A stretch of 41,515 nt of DNA from Promethearchaeota archaeon (GTDB taxonomy: Archaea; Asgardarchaeota; Thorarchaeia; Thorarchaeales; Thorarchaeaceae): NCBI GenBank assembly GCA_048939765.1, contig JBHLPF010000014.1, positions 24,722 to 66,236 of the forward strand. The letters are read 5' to 3'. The translations under genes and the position numbers were made by a program. Below are positions 27,821-36,773 of this stretch, one piece after another. Every line of letters starts with the position of its first letter. The first letter of the stretch is position 1. The notes below the pieces were generated by a model that saw only the letters and a program-made list of their open reading frames with translations, was not told the origin of the DNA and did not search any database.

Positions 27821-29392
27821 GTGAATCTCTTGAAAATCATTGAGTGTGTGCCCAACTTCTCAGAAGGAAAGCGAGAGGACGTCATTGATGCTCTCGCAGA
27901 CACAATACGCAGTGTCGAAGGAGTCAGACTCCTGGACGTTGAGTTTGACCCAGATCACAACCGCTCAGTTTTCACTTTCATTGGCGAGCCTCAAAAAGTG
28001 AAGGAGGCCGCTTTGAAAGCTGCAGAACTCGCCGTCAAGAAGATAGACTTGACGAAGCATAAGGGTGCACATCCAAGGATGGGTGCAGTGGATGTTGTCC
28101 CATTCATTCCCCTACATGGCACGACCATTGGAGAATGCATTGAGCTCTCAAAGGAGTTTGCTGAGGAATTCTCAAGCAAATGCAATGTACCTGTCTATCT
28201 ATACAACAAGTCTGCTACTCGTCCTGAGAGGGCCGACCTCCCCAATATCAGGGAGGGTGAGTTTGAAGGACTTAGAGACCTCATTGGAGAGGACTCTAGC
28301 AAAGATCCTGATTATGGTCCAAATAAGATTCACCCCACAGCCGGAGCCACCGCAACAGGTGCACGCAACTTCCTGATTGCAATCAACTTCAATCTCAACA
28401 CGACTGACATTGAGGTGGCGAGGTCCTGTGCAAATGCTGTTAGGGCAACTACTGGTGGATTCGTGAACGTCCAAGGCATTGGGCTAGACCTCCCAGCGAA
28501 GAACTGCGTACAAGTTTCAGTAAACCTTACACATCCTAAACGCACGAAGATTCACCAAGTCTTTGAGATGGTCAAGCTTGAAGCCCAGCGATTTGGTGCT
28601 ACTGTCATCGAAACCGAGATAGTAGGAATGGTTCCGCTGTTTGCTCTTCTTGATGCGCTCAGGTACTATCTTCGACCCGAAAAACTGGATGACTCCATGA
28701 TTCTCGACCTCTACTATATCGGAGGAGCAGAAGATCCAAAGAAGAAGACATTCAGTGAGATGTCACTCATTGAGTTTGGTGATCAAGTCAAGAGGGCACG
28801 AGCGACACCGGGAGGAGGCAGCGTAGCTGCAGCCATGGGCTCCTATGGTGCTGCCCTAGTCGGCATGGTGACTGGGCTTTCGCTGTCAGGTAGACGTTTT
28901 GTGGCGATAAAGGAGGAGATGGTGAAACATCGTCATGCCGTTGATAACGACCGAGGTATTCTCATGGACTTGGTTGAGAAGGACTCAGCCGCTTTTGATG
29001 AAGTGATGGTTACATTCAAAATGGCTGATGAAACTGCTCAGCAGCGAAAACAGAAAGAGGCTGCTACAGAAGCAGCCACAAAGTACGCCGCAGAGGTGCC
29101 ATTGACAACAATGCGCCACTCTTACAACGCCCTCACACATGCCAAGGCAGCTGCGGAGAAAGGCAACATCAACTCAATCACCGATGCTGGGGTCGCTACC
29201 CATGCTCTAATGGCCGCAATTGAGGGGGCTGCACTCAACGTTCGAATTAATCTTGGTAACATCAAAGACAAGGACTTCGTCAAGAGAACGGATGATGAAG
29301 TGAAGAGGATTTTGGGCGATGGCAAGAAGCTAAAGGACGAAGTCTTGAAGATAGTCGACGCCCGAATGAAGGAGCTCGCTGAAGGCAGTTGA
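27821..29392 (+). CDS. ftcd: Bifunctional glutamate formimidoyltransferase / formimidoyl-THF cyclodeaminase
   Basis: ECVPNFSEG, DHNRSV, HPRMGAVDVVPF and HPTAGA (FT domain) fused to TPGGGSVAA and NVRINL (CD domain). Confidence 0.93.
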   Translation: MNLLKIIECVPNFSEGKREDVIDALADTIRSVEGVRLLDVEFDPDHNRSVFTFIGEPQKVKEAALKAAELAVKKIDLTKHKGAHPRMGAVDVVPFIPLHGTTIGECIELSKEFAEEFSSKCNVPVYLYNKSATRPERADLPNIREGEFEGLRDLIGEDSSKDPDYGPNKIHPTAGATATGARNFLIAINFNLNTTDIEVARSCANAVRATTGGFVNVQGIGLDLPAKNCVQVSVNLTHPKRTKIHQVFEMVKLEAQRFGATVIETEIVGMVPLFALLDALRYYLRPEKLDDSMILDLYYIGGAEDPKKKTFSEMSLIEFGDQVKRARATPGGGSVAAAMGSYGAALVGMVTGLSLSGRRFVAIKEEMVKHRHAVDNDRGILMDLVEKDSAAFDEVMVTFKMADETAQQRKQKEAATEAATKYAAEVPLTTMRHSYNALTHAKAAAEKGNINSITDAGVATHALMAAIEGAALNVRINLGNIKDKDFVKRTDDEVKRILGDGKKLKDEVLKIVDARMKELAEGS

Positions 29393-29458
29393 GGATTCCC
29401 CAACCGCCAACCTTTAGTGTAATCACAAGTGCTCACTTTTGTTACATGGGTGGTTACA

Positions 29459-30250
29459 ATGAGGCTGGTGACTATCTACGGCGATGTCTTTGCTGAGCGA
29501 GTACTCGGTAATCTCATCAACTTCAAGACCTTTTGTGAAGGATGCGCTCCCACATGCGGTGACTGCAGAGTTGGCTATGGCACCCATGTAGGAGATATAG
29601 TTGGAATGCATCGGATAGATGCTCCATCCTCAAAGATGTTCGATGACCCCATGGAGATGCTTGAGGGTGTCGAGCTTCAGCAGTGTGATGTTCTTCTTCT
29701 TGTGGGTGTCCACCACGATCTCATTGCCTCAGCGGATGTGTTGACACAGAGGACTGGTGCCAAGGCGGTCATCGCTCCCATTGAAGACACGAACTGGTTG
29801 CCGCCTGGTCTTAGGGAACAGGTGAAGGAGTCCTTGGATGCAATAGGGATAGAATATGCCTTTCCAAAGCCCTTCTGTACACTCACTCATGGACATGGGA
29901 AAGTGATTGACGAGTTTATTGACAGATATCGGATAGGCTGGCCCGCCTTTGATGCCACCGTCAAGAATGGAAGGGTCAGTGAGATTGCAGTGATGCGGTC
30001 CTCGCCATGCGGCTGCGCCTGGTATGTGGCACAGAAAGTAAAGGGACATGATGTATCAGACACCGAGGGTCTCTTTGATGTAATTGCAAAGGCTCACCAT
30101 GCATATCCCTGTACCGGTGCCATGACAGTTGATAGAGAGCTCGGTGATGCTCCGCTGCATATTGCAGGATATAATCATAGGTACGCGGTCTGTGATGCCA
30201 TAGGGTTCGACTGCAGGGGCGAGGAACCGAAGCATCCGCTCGCCAAGTAG
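29459..30250 (+). CDS. DUF166-family Cys-rich protein
   Basis: PKPFC, RSSPCG, HHAYPC and LHIAG motifs, plus N-terminal CxxCxxxCxxC. Likely ATG at 29459. Confidence 0.7.
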   Translation: MRLVTIYGDVFAERVLGNLINFKTFCEGCAPTCGDCRVGYGTHVGDIVGMHRIDAPSSKMFDDPMEMLEGVELQQCDVLLLVGVHHDLIASADVLTQRTGAKAVIAPIEDTNWLPPGLREQVKESLDAIGIEYAFPKPFCTLTHGHGKVIDEFIDRYRIGWPAFDATVKNGRVSEIAVMRSSPCGCAWYVAQKVKGHDVSDTEGLFDVIAKAHHAYPCTGAMTVDRELGDAPLHIAGYNHRYAVCDAIGFDCRGEEPKHPLAK

Positions 30251-30251
30251 T

Positions 30252-31331
30252 CTATCCTTCTTTTACTTCTGCCCCAGACCCAATCTTTACTAGATATGGA
30301 ATGCCACCTGCTTCGCTAATGGCATCCGCAACGATTTCCTCCTTTCCAGGAGCTAACGCTAACATTGTGCCACCGCCTCCACTTCCGTTTATCTTGCATC
30401 CCAGAGCTCCTGCCGACTTAGCGGCTGATATCATAGCCTCAATCTTCGGCGTTGATCTCTTCAAATCATGCTTCAGGAGGTGATGATGAAGGTCTAGCAA
30501 GTGGCCCAATTCCTCCACATCGGGGGTTTCGTTCATCAGAAACTCAAAGGCTCTTTGGGTGAGGTCTCTATTACGAAGAGAGGCCAGTGCCATTCTTCTG
30601 GCTTCATCAGGATTGTCTGGTGTGATGTCTTCAACGATTATGGTAGCAGTGGTCCTTTGTCCGAAATCCGGAATCGAGGCTTTAATGCGCTCGTACTCCC
30701 CCTCAACTGTATCCCTCATTCGTTTGAGATCTGCGACTGTGTCTTCCTTCTTCTCCAATGAGTCTCCAATCACTATTCCCTCGATTTTCGCTGGTAAACG
30801 GGTCGTCTTGTAGTCTGCCCCAAGGTCCACATGAATAATCCCGCCGTATGCTGATGCGAAATGATCCATCATACCTCCACTCTCCTCGAACTCCAGCACT
30901 TCGGCCTCAAATGCCAATTGCGCAGCTTCCTTTGGGAGCAGAGGAGCATTCTGGCCCATTCGGGCAAAAGCAATGATTCCAGCCACAGTCAGAGCTGAGG
31001 ATGAGGAGAGTCCTGCGGCGATTGGTATGTTTCCTGTCACTTCCAAATCCCACCCACTCTCTAGAGGCATTCCTCTGCGCCTCACAATGTTGTATGCACT
31101 TCTAAGATAGTCCCGATTATGTCGATATGAGGTCTCTTCATTATCAATCACGAAGGCGTCTTCCTCATGGAGATCCACATAGTTCACATTGATCGTCATA
31201 TCATCTCTTCGAGAACACTGAATCTGGATAGCCAGGTTGATGGCTGCAGGAATGACATTGAGGCCGAGATAGTCACTATGCTCTCCAAAAAGACAGACAC
31301 GTCCTGGAGCTCGTACTGAGAATCTCTCCAC
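30252..31331 (-). CDS. galK: GHMP kinase, galactokinase-like
   Basis: APGRVCLFGEHSDY, PIAAGLSSSSA, GMMD and GSGGGG motifs. Confidence 0.8.
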   Translation of the reverse strand: MERFSVRAPGRVCLFGEHSDYLGLNVIPAAINLAIQIQCSRRDDMTINVNYVDLHEEDAFVIDNEETSYRHNRDYLRSAYNIVRRRGMPLESGWDLEVTGNIPIAAGLSSSSALTVAGIIAFARMGQNAPLLPKEAAQLAFEAEVLEFEESGGMMDHFASAYGGIIHVDLGADYKTTRLPAKIEGIVIGDSLEKKEDTVADLKRMRDTVEGEYERIKASIPDFGQRTTATIIVEDITPDNPDEARRMALASLRNRDLTQRAFEFLMNETPDVEELGHLLDLHHHLLKHDLKRSTPKIEAMISAAKSAGALGCKINGSGGGGTMLALAPGKEEIVADAISEAGGIPYLVKIGSGAEVKEG

Positions 31332-31498
31332 GCTTTGAGGTCTCCATGATTTTCAGAGCATTGGGATTATAGTTACCATGCCATGGAGTCATAGACAGAG
31401 CACGCCTACTATAATCTTGCTCAAGGTCCAATTGTAATACTTAGTAATTTGTACAAGCAGGCTGCATTTTCATTTGCGTGTATTGCTGAATGCAATCA

Positions 31499-31556
31499 TC
31501 TCCGCCGCGCCCTTGACAAGCAAAAACAGGTCCCAACATACTGGGTGCGGCGGAGA
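31499..31556. terminator. GC-rich 14-bp stem-loop immediately downstream of the lipoate ligase gene
   Basis: TCTCCGCCGCGCCC (31499-31512) / GGGTGCGGCGGAGA (31543-31556), with one G-U pair on the + strand. Confidence 0.35.
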
Positions 31557-31570
31557 ACATGCACACCTGT

Positions 31571-32665
31571 TTATTTCCCTTCAAGTGCCAGTTTGATTGC
31601 GGTTTCGAAATCTTGGGGCGTTACACCAGGTGATTCTAGTGATTGCTTCTCATAAACGCCCTGGATTCTCTTTAGTATCTCTTCGGAATCTACCTTGGCG
31701 CCAACAAGAGCCTTCTCTATGTCTGAGATTGCATCATGTGGATACATGAAGAAATCTCCACTGATGACAATGCCCTTGATTTTGTCATCGACTTCTTCCA
31801 CTGTGACTCTCATGAGACCTCCAGGTGCCTTGTGGTCTGCAGTGCCGATAGATGCAGTTGCAGATATCCTGACAGTCCTCGCGTCTAATCTGCCACCCGC
31901 ACGCCAATGGAGCCATTCATCTGACACATATTTCGGCTTTAGCTCATTCATGCGAGCTCTTTCCCACTCTGTCAGCTGCCCTGGTACTAGTCTGATATCG
32001 AGAAGCTTCTCGAATTGATGCAGAAGATCCTTCTTCACCTCTTCTCTGTCGAAGGTCTTTCCTGTTTCTCTCTCAATCGTGCTCATTCTAGCATAGAGTC
32101 CCTTTGCAAGTTTATCACGGAACTTCTCGTCGGGCACTCTCAGGACCTTGACCATCATGTCGTAATTAAATGTGAAAATGAGATTGCCAGTCAGAATCCT
32201 TGCATCTCCAACATCTCCTGCTCCATTTCCAGAGATCTTTCTGCCTTCTACCTGGATGTCATTAACTGGTTTGAACTCTGCATCAATCCCGAGATTCCTG
32301 TAGGCCTGAACTGGGGGCTCAAGGAATTTCTTGTAGTATGCATCGATACTCCGTGGAGTTGTAGGGCTATCCACTCTGTGGACTAGCTGATAGAACATCT
32401 GTCCTTCATCCAAATAGACTCCGCCTCCGCCTATCACACGGCGCGTCACAAAGATGTCATTCTCTCTGCAGAACTCTAAGTCGATGTCCTTCTCTATCTC
32501 CTGGAAGTATCCAAGACTGACCAGAGGTTTTGCCGGCCAGCATATAATGAGCGTATTCTCCGACTTCCCCTCTGTGATACCCTGCGCAATCATGTCATAG
32601 ATAATCTGGGTTTCGATGGGTTCAATAGGTCCAATATCGAGAAGTCTCCATGATTCAAGTGTCAT
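31571..32665 (-). CDS. lplA: Lipoate--protein ligase (catalytic domain plus C-terminal accessory domain)
   Basis: LGYFQ, RRVIGGGGVYLD, NDI...GRKISGNG, KAPGGL and ISGDFF motifs. Confidence 0.88.
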   Translation of the reverse strand: MTLESWRLLDIGPIEPIETQIIYDMIAQGITEGKSENTLIICWPAKPLVSLGYFQEIEKDIDLEFCRENDIFVTRRVIGGGGVYLDEGQMFYQLVHRVDSPTTPRSIDAYYKKFLEPPVQAYRNLGIDAEFKPVNDIQVEGRKISGNGAGDVGDARILTGNLIFTFNYDMMVKVLRVPDEKFRDKLAKGLYARMSTIERETGKTFDREEVKKDLLHQFEKLLDIRLVPGQLTEWERARMNELKPKYVSDEWLHWRAGGRLDARTVRISATASIGTADHKAPGGLMRVTVEEVDDKIKGIVISGDFFMYPHDAISDIEKALVGAKVDSEEILKRIQGVYEKQSLESPGVTPQDFETAIKLALEGK

Positions 32666-32765
32666 AGCTGCGCAACCAAGGCTTGATTCTAATAATCACT
32701 TCGGTAGCGCACGGCATCCATCCCAACCATTAAATCCCAATATATCCGAGCATTCTATGATGTGA

Positions 32766-33530
32766 ATGATTGAGGCGATTGGGCTTACGAAGATGTTCAG
32801 CGAGTTCACAGCTGTGAGTGAACTCAGCTTCACTGTCGCTACAGGTGAGATATACGGCCTGCTTGGCCCAAATGGATCAGGCAAGTCCACAACAATGCGC
32901 ATGCTCCTTGGACTATTGAAGCCTACAGCTGGTACAGCGAGAATCATGGGTCATGATATTGAGAAGGAGATCGTGGCAGCAAAGCGAATCATGGGATATG
33001 TTCCTGAAGAGCCGGTCCTTCCAGAAAGACTCACAGGTTGGGAATATGTCAATTATGTAAGTGACATCTGGAGGATAGAACGAGGTCCTGAACGCGAGGA
33101 AGAGATAGATGAGATCCTGACACTGCTGGACATCAAAGATGCAAGCGATGATCTCATTGAAACTTACTCGAAAGGTATGGCACGGAAGATCGGACTTGCA
33201 GCGGCTCTTATTCATCGCCCTCAAGTTCTCATTCTCGATGAGGTGCAGGCTGGCATCGATCCAAGAGGTGCTGCTACAATCAAAGAGATTCTCAACGGTC
33301 TACGAGAAAGAGGAGTGAGTATTCTAATGAGCACCCATGTTTTGGAGATTGCAGAGCAAATGTGTCACCGAATTGGTATAATCAGAGAAGGGAAACTTAT
33401 CGCAGAAGGTACGATGGATGAGCTTCGTGTTCAGGCCAAAGGACAGAGCAGCCTTGAAGAGATATTCCTCTCTTTGACTGGCGGACCCGATATGCAGAAG
33501 ATTGCAGAGTACCTAGGTGGAGTTCAGTGA
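32766..33530 (+). CDS. ABC transporter ATP-binding protein (ABC-2 exporter type)
   Basis: Walker A GPNGSGKST, signature YSKGM, Walker B LILDE and H-loop STH. Confidence 0.95.
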   Translation: MIEAIGLTKMFSEFTAVSELSFTVATGEIYGLLGPNGSGKSTTMRMLLGLLKPTAGTARIMGHDIEKEIVAAKRIMGYVPEEPVLPERLTGWEYVNYVSDIWRIERGPEREEEIDEILTLLDIKDASDDLIETYSKGMARKIGLAAALIHRPQVLILDEVQAGIDPRGAATIKEILNGLRERGVSILMSTHVLEIAEQMCHRIGIIREGKLIAEGTMDELRVQAKGQSSLEEIFLSLTGGPDMQKIAEYLGGVQ

Positions 33531-35266
33531 CACTCGCAGACATTCTTCTGCTATTGCGGCAGGACCTGAATCAGACATTTAGGATCTCTGGGGCAAAAGG
33601 AAAACGCACTGAGCAGAAGAGTATCTTTAGACGGCTTCTCCGCCCCATTGCATTCATTGTAATTGCAGTGGTCATAATATGGGCAATCCTCGTCATGGTC
33701 CCCCTATTTGGCTGGAGCATCATAGCAGACACTGTGATATCTGACCCGGGACTTGGCGCTACCATATTCAATCTGATTCTCATTTTCGGCTTCATTGGAT
33801 CTATAGCTTTTTCCGCAACTACAGTAGGAAATGTGGATCGAATGGAATACCTTCTCACTATGCCCGTTGCCACGCGGACCATATTTCTTGAGAAGACAAT
33901 CGTGATCATCCTCTATAACTCAATGATATGGATGGCCATTGGAGTGCCAATCTACATTGGTCTAAGCATCCTATCGCCTGCTCCGCTGGCCGCGCTCTCA
34001 ATCCCTATCTTTATCGTATTGCTGTTTTCGCTAGTTACCCTGGGTGTTTCACTAGGAGGACTCCTTGGACTTTTATTCTCGCGCCTATTCGCAGGAAGAC
34101 GCACTTTGAAGCAGATCGGCTGGTTCTTGGGAACCAGTTTTGCAATTCTTATCAGCACACTATACTATGTCTTCATTTGGATAGGAGACGGAGGAGATAG
34201 TATCTTTGGGGGATTCTTTCAGATTCTACGTGACCTTGGATTTGCCTCTGATATCAGTCCAGGATATGCTGTGAGCGCCCTTTCTCTAAACATCCTTGTT
34301 GGAGCCCCACTTCATCTAAAGGAAATTCTACTTGGTATCCTGATCGCAGTGGTTGCCTTTGAGCTAGTCTACGCAAATGCGCTCGTCAGCGAGAGGGCTC
34401 ATTACAGTGGTTGGCTCGCCTCAGGATCAAAGAGAACATCAAAGGAGCAGGTTCCGCTAGCACACATATCTTGGAATCCTCAGCCGATACCGGGATTCAG
34501 ATTCAATCAGACAATCAGTGTGTCAATCTGGTATAACTTGTCCTCCATTCGTAGAGAGGGGCGAGTACTGGCGCAATACCTTGTGGGCCCTTTGCGAATG
34601 TCAATCTGGTTTTTCATTCCATTCATCGGCCTTGGTGAGAATTTCCTTGTCTTTACTCCATACTTCCTAATCGCTGCTCTTATTCCATTCATGGTATCAT
34701 ATGGTGTATACTTTGCAGGCTACGAGACAGTCTACGAGGGGAACAATCTGATGACACTTCAGCTTGCAGCAGCAAACTTTGCAGATTACGTAAAGGGAAA
34801 GGCAATCAGCGCAGTACCATTTGTGATGGTTGCAACGACGGCTGGGTCCGTCCTGCTCCTAATCATCAATCCAGGTCTATGGTCCATTCTCCCTGCTATT
34901 GTGATTTCATCGATTTTCATCTGTCTAGCAGCCGGGTCCATTGCAGCAAACGCGGCAGCATTGGGTGGTGACTTCAAGGCGCAACGTATGATCGAACGAC
35001 AACGGGGGTCCGCAGTTCAGATGCCAATCCGGGGATGGTCAATGCTCAGAGCACAACTTGTTCCCTATCTACTAGGCTACATAGGAATCTACAGCATGAT
35101 TGGTGTTGCAGTTCTTGGCGGGGGCCTTTACGGAGAGATGCTTGGCATACTTTCAGCCTATGCGGTTCTATGTATATTCTCAGTAGTGTGTTACTACATC
35201 TTCAATAGATACTCCCATAGTGCTGGTGTTAAGCTGGCTCAGGTTGAGGCCACCAAATACCTCTAA
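33527..35266 (+). CDS. ABC-2 type exporter permease (about 12-14 TM)
   Basis: Highly hydrophobic, with a YLLTMPV motif; GTGA overlap with the ATPase gene. Confidence 0.8.
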   Translation: MTLADILLLLRQDLNQTFRISGAKGKRTEQKSIFRRLLRPIAFIVIAVVIIWAILVMVPLFGWSIIADTVISDPGLGATIFNLILIFGFIGSIAFSATTVGNVDRMEYLLTMPVATRTIFLEKTIVIILYNSMIWMAIGVPIYIGLSILSPAPLAALSIPIFIVLLFSLVTLGVSLGGLLGLLFSRLFAGRRTLKQIGWFLGTSFAILISTLYYVFIWIGDGGDSIFGGFFQILRDLGFASDISPGYAVSALSLNILVGAPLHLKEILLGILIAVVAFELVYANALVSERAHYSGWLASGSKRTSKEQVPLAHISWNPQPIPGFRFNQTISVSIWYNLSSIRREGRVLAQYLVGPLRMSIWFFIPFIGLGENFLVFTPYFLIAALIPFMVSYGVYFAGYETVYEGNNLMTLQLAAANFADYVKGKAISAVPFVMVATTAGSVLLLIINPGLWSILPAIVISSIFICLAAGSIAANAAALGGDFKAQRMIERQRGSAVQMPIRGWSMLRAQLVPYLLGYIGIYSMIGVAVLGGGLYGEMLGILSAYAVLCIFSVVCYYIFNRYSHSAGVKLAQVEATKYL

Positions 35267-35346
35267 TGGGGCATGACCTCAGCAATACATTCTTTTTCAT
35301 TTGATTGTGGGGCTTTTCTAGTTAGAACTCAGTGTGAAGTGACGAA

Positions 35347-35961
35347 GTGACCGAGTCAGTCGATGTTTCGAAGATCCGCCACATAATGTTCCTAGGAATT
35401 GATGGTGGGGAACTACTTCTCTATGTTCCATATGATGGATCCACAAATGTCAACCACGACATGCTTGCAGCACTTCTAAGAGCCATCATGCAGTTCTCAG
35501 AGGATTCCTTGAGTATGATTCGTTGGTCAAACTTCATCTATCTGTTCCAAAAGGGAGAAACCTCCATTGGTCTAATGGGGATGATTTCAGTTCCTGATCA
35601 GGAGATCTATAGAGACAAGCTTGTCAAGATACTCCACATGTTTGAAAGAGAATGCAGAACTCCTCTCGCAGTTCATGATGGGGATATTCGAAGATTCAAG
35701 AACTTTGCACTGGAGATAATCAAGGAGCTTCCTCTTGTGAACCTGAGGCTTGATTCGATACCCAGAAGGACAGATGGAGGCGATCGAATTCCTTGGCGAG
35801 TCGGAGAAGTTGATGTGCGCCTTGAGATTCTCCAACAGGCATCCAACGGCAAGCGCACGATTCAAGACATTATTGATATGACTCAGCTACCAGCGCGCGA
35901 TGTAATTGCTCTCATGTCCATTCTTGCGTATTTTGGTTGGATTGAGATCGATTGGTTTTGA
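35347..35961 (+). CDS. Longin-like domain plus C-terminal winged helix; NPRL2/Npr2-like protein
   Basis: N-terminal longin pattern (IRHIMFLGIDGGELLLY...MLAALLRAIMQFS...FE); C-terminal NGKRTIQDI...LAYFGWI. Confidence 0.6.
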   Translation: MTESVDVSKIRHIMFLGIDGGELLLYVPYDGSTNVNHDMLAALLRAIMQFSEDSLSMIRWSNFIYLFQKGETSIGLMGMISVPDQEIYRDKLVKILHMFERECRTPLAVHDGDIRRFKNFALEIIKELPLVNLRLDSIPRRTDGGDRIPWRVGEVDVRLEILQQASNGKRTIQDIIDMTQLPARDVIALMSILAYFGWIEIDWF

Positions 35962-35962
35962 A

Positions 35963-36700
35963 TCACAGTTTCGCGATGACTTTTCCTGGGGGCAGAAAAA
36001 TATCGCAGTCAAAGTAGAGTCCAATCATTGGGGTTTCAATCTCCAGAATACTAAGGTCATCTTCTGGTCCACTTGTTATCTCAATCTCAACATCACCTGA
36101 GCGACCATTGTGAATATCATATTTCAGATACGCAGCGGTGAGAAATGATGCATCAAAGCCTTCACCAGTCACGCTTGGAATCATCTTGACATTGACATTG
36201 GGGCCGCTGTCAATCCATTCTCCGTCCTCATCAAATGTGCATTTGGCGTAGAATAGCCGGTTGCCATTTCTGCCAGTTGTGGCTGTTAGAGTATCACCCT
36301 TCCACTTCATCTGAATGTCTGCTAGTTTTCGCGGATATCCCCAGATTTCTCTTCCTGACGCAAGTGCGGCGTCTGTATCAACATAGACATGCGCGAAATA
36401 CACTCCAACCTCATCCTCGCCCGTTTCAGGATTGTCGAACATGCATTGGACAAGTAGTGCCGATTCCCAAAATGTCCCCGCCTCAACGCATGGTTGTAAC
36501 CCGGTCATTATTCCAGCCAATGGAAGCTGTGAGGGACGTAGTGGCTCTGGAAGCAGCTTCTCAATAGACTCCACAGTTGGATTGAACAGGGCTAGGAAGA
36601 GATTCGCATTCTTGTAGTTATATGGGGGCGGAGGGTATAGTGGACTCTTCAATGGTGTACTGACTATATCCGGCAATTCTGTCACCTCCTCTCCGGTCAT
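35963..36700 (-). CDS. Acetoacetate decarboxylase-like superfamily protein
   Basis: P..SPLYPPPPY, LLPEPL, and ASGREIWGYPRKLA motifs. Confidence 0.85.
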   Translation of the reverse strand: MTGEEVTELPDIVSTPLKSPLYPPPPYNYKNANLFLALFNPTVESIEKLLPEPLRPSQLPLAGIMTGLQPCVEAGTFWESALLVQCMFDNPETGEDEVGVYFAHVYVDTDAALASGREIWGYPRKLADIQMKWKGDTLTATTGRNGNRLFYAKCTFDEDGEWIDSGPNVNVKMIPSVTGEGFDASFLTAAYLKYDIHNGRSGDVEIEITSGPEDDLSILEIETPMIGLYFDCDIFLPPGKVIAKL

Positions 36701-36773
36701 GATAGCCGGCTATTGAATCTGTCGAGAGTGCAGGAGGTCTAATATCTTGGATGTGTCTTTGATGTAATTGGTG

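Noticed and set aside
29459-30250. Thymidylate synthase (suggested by the folate context and the PC motif)
   Set aside because: Lacks ThyA (RSxD, PFN) and ThyX (RHR) signatures.
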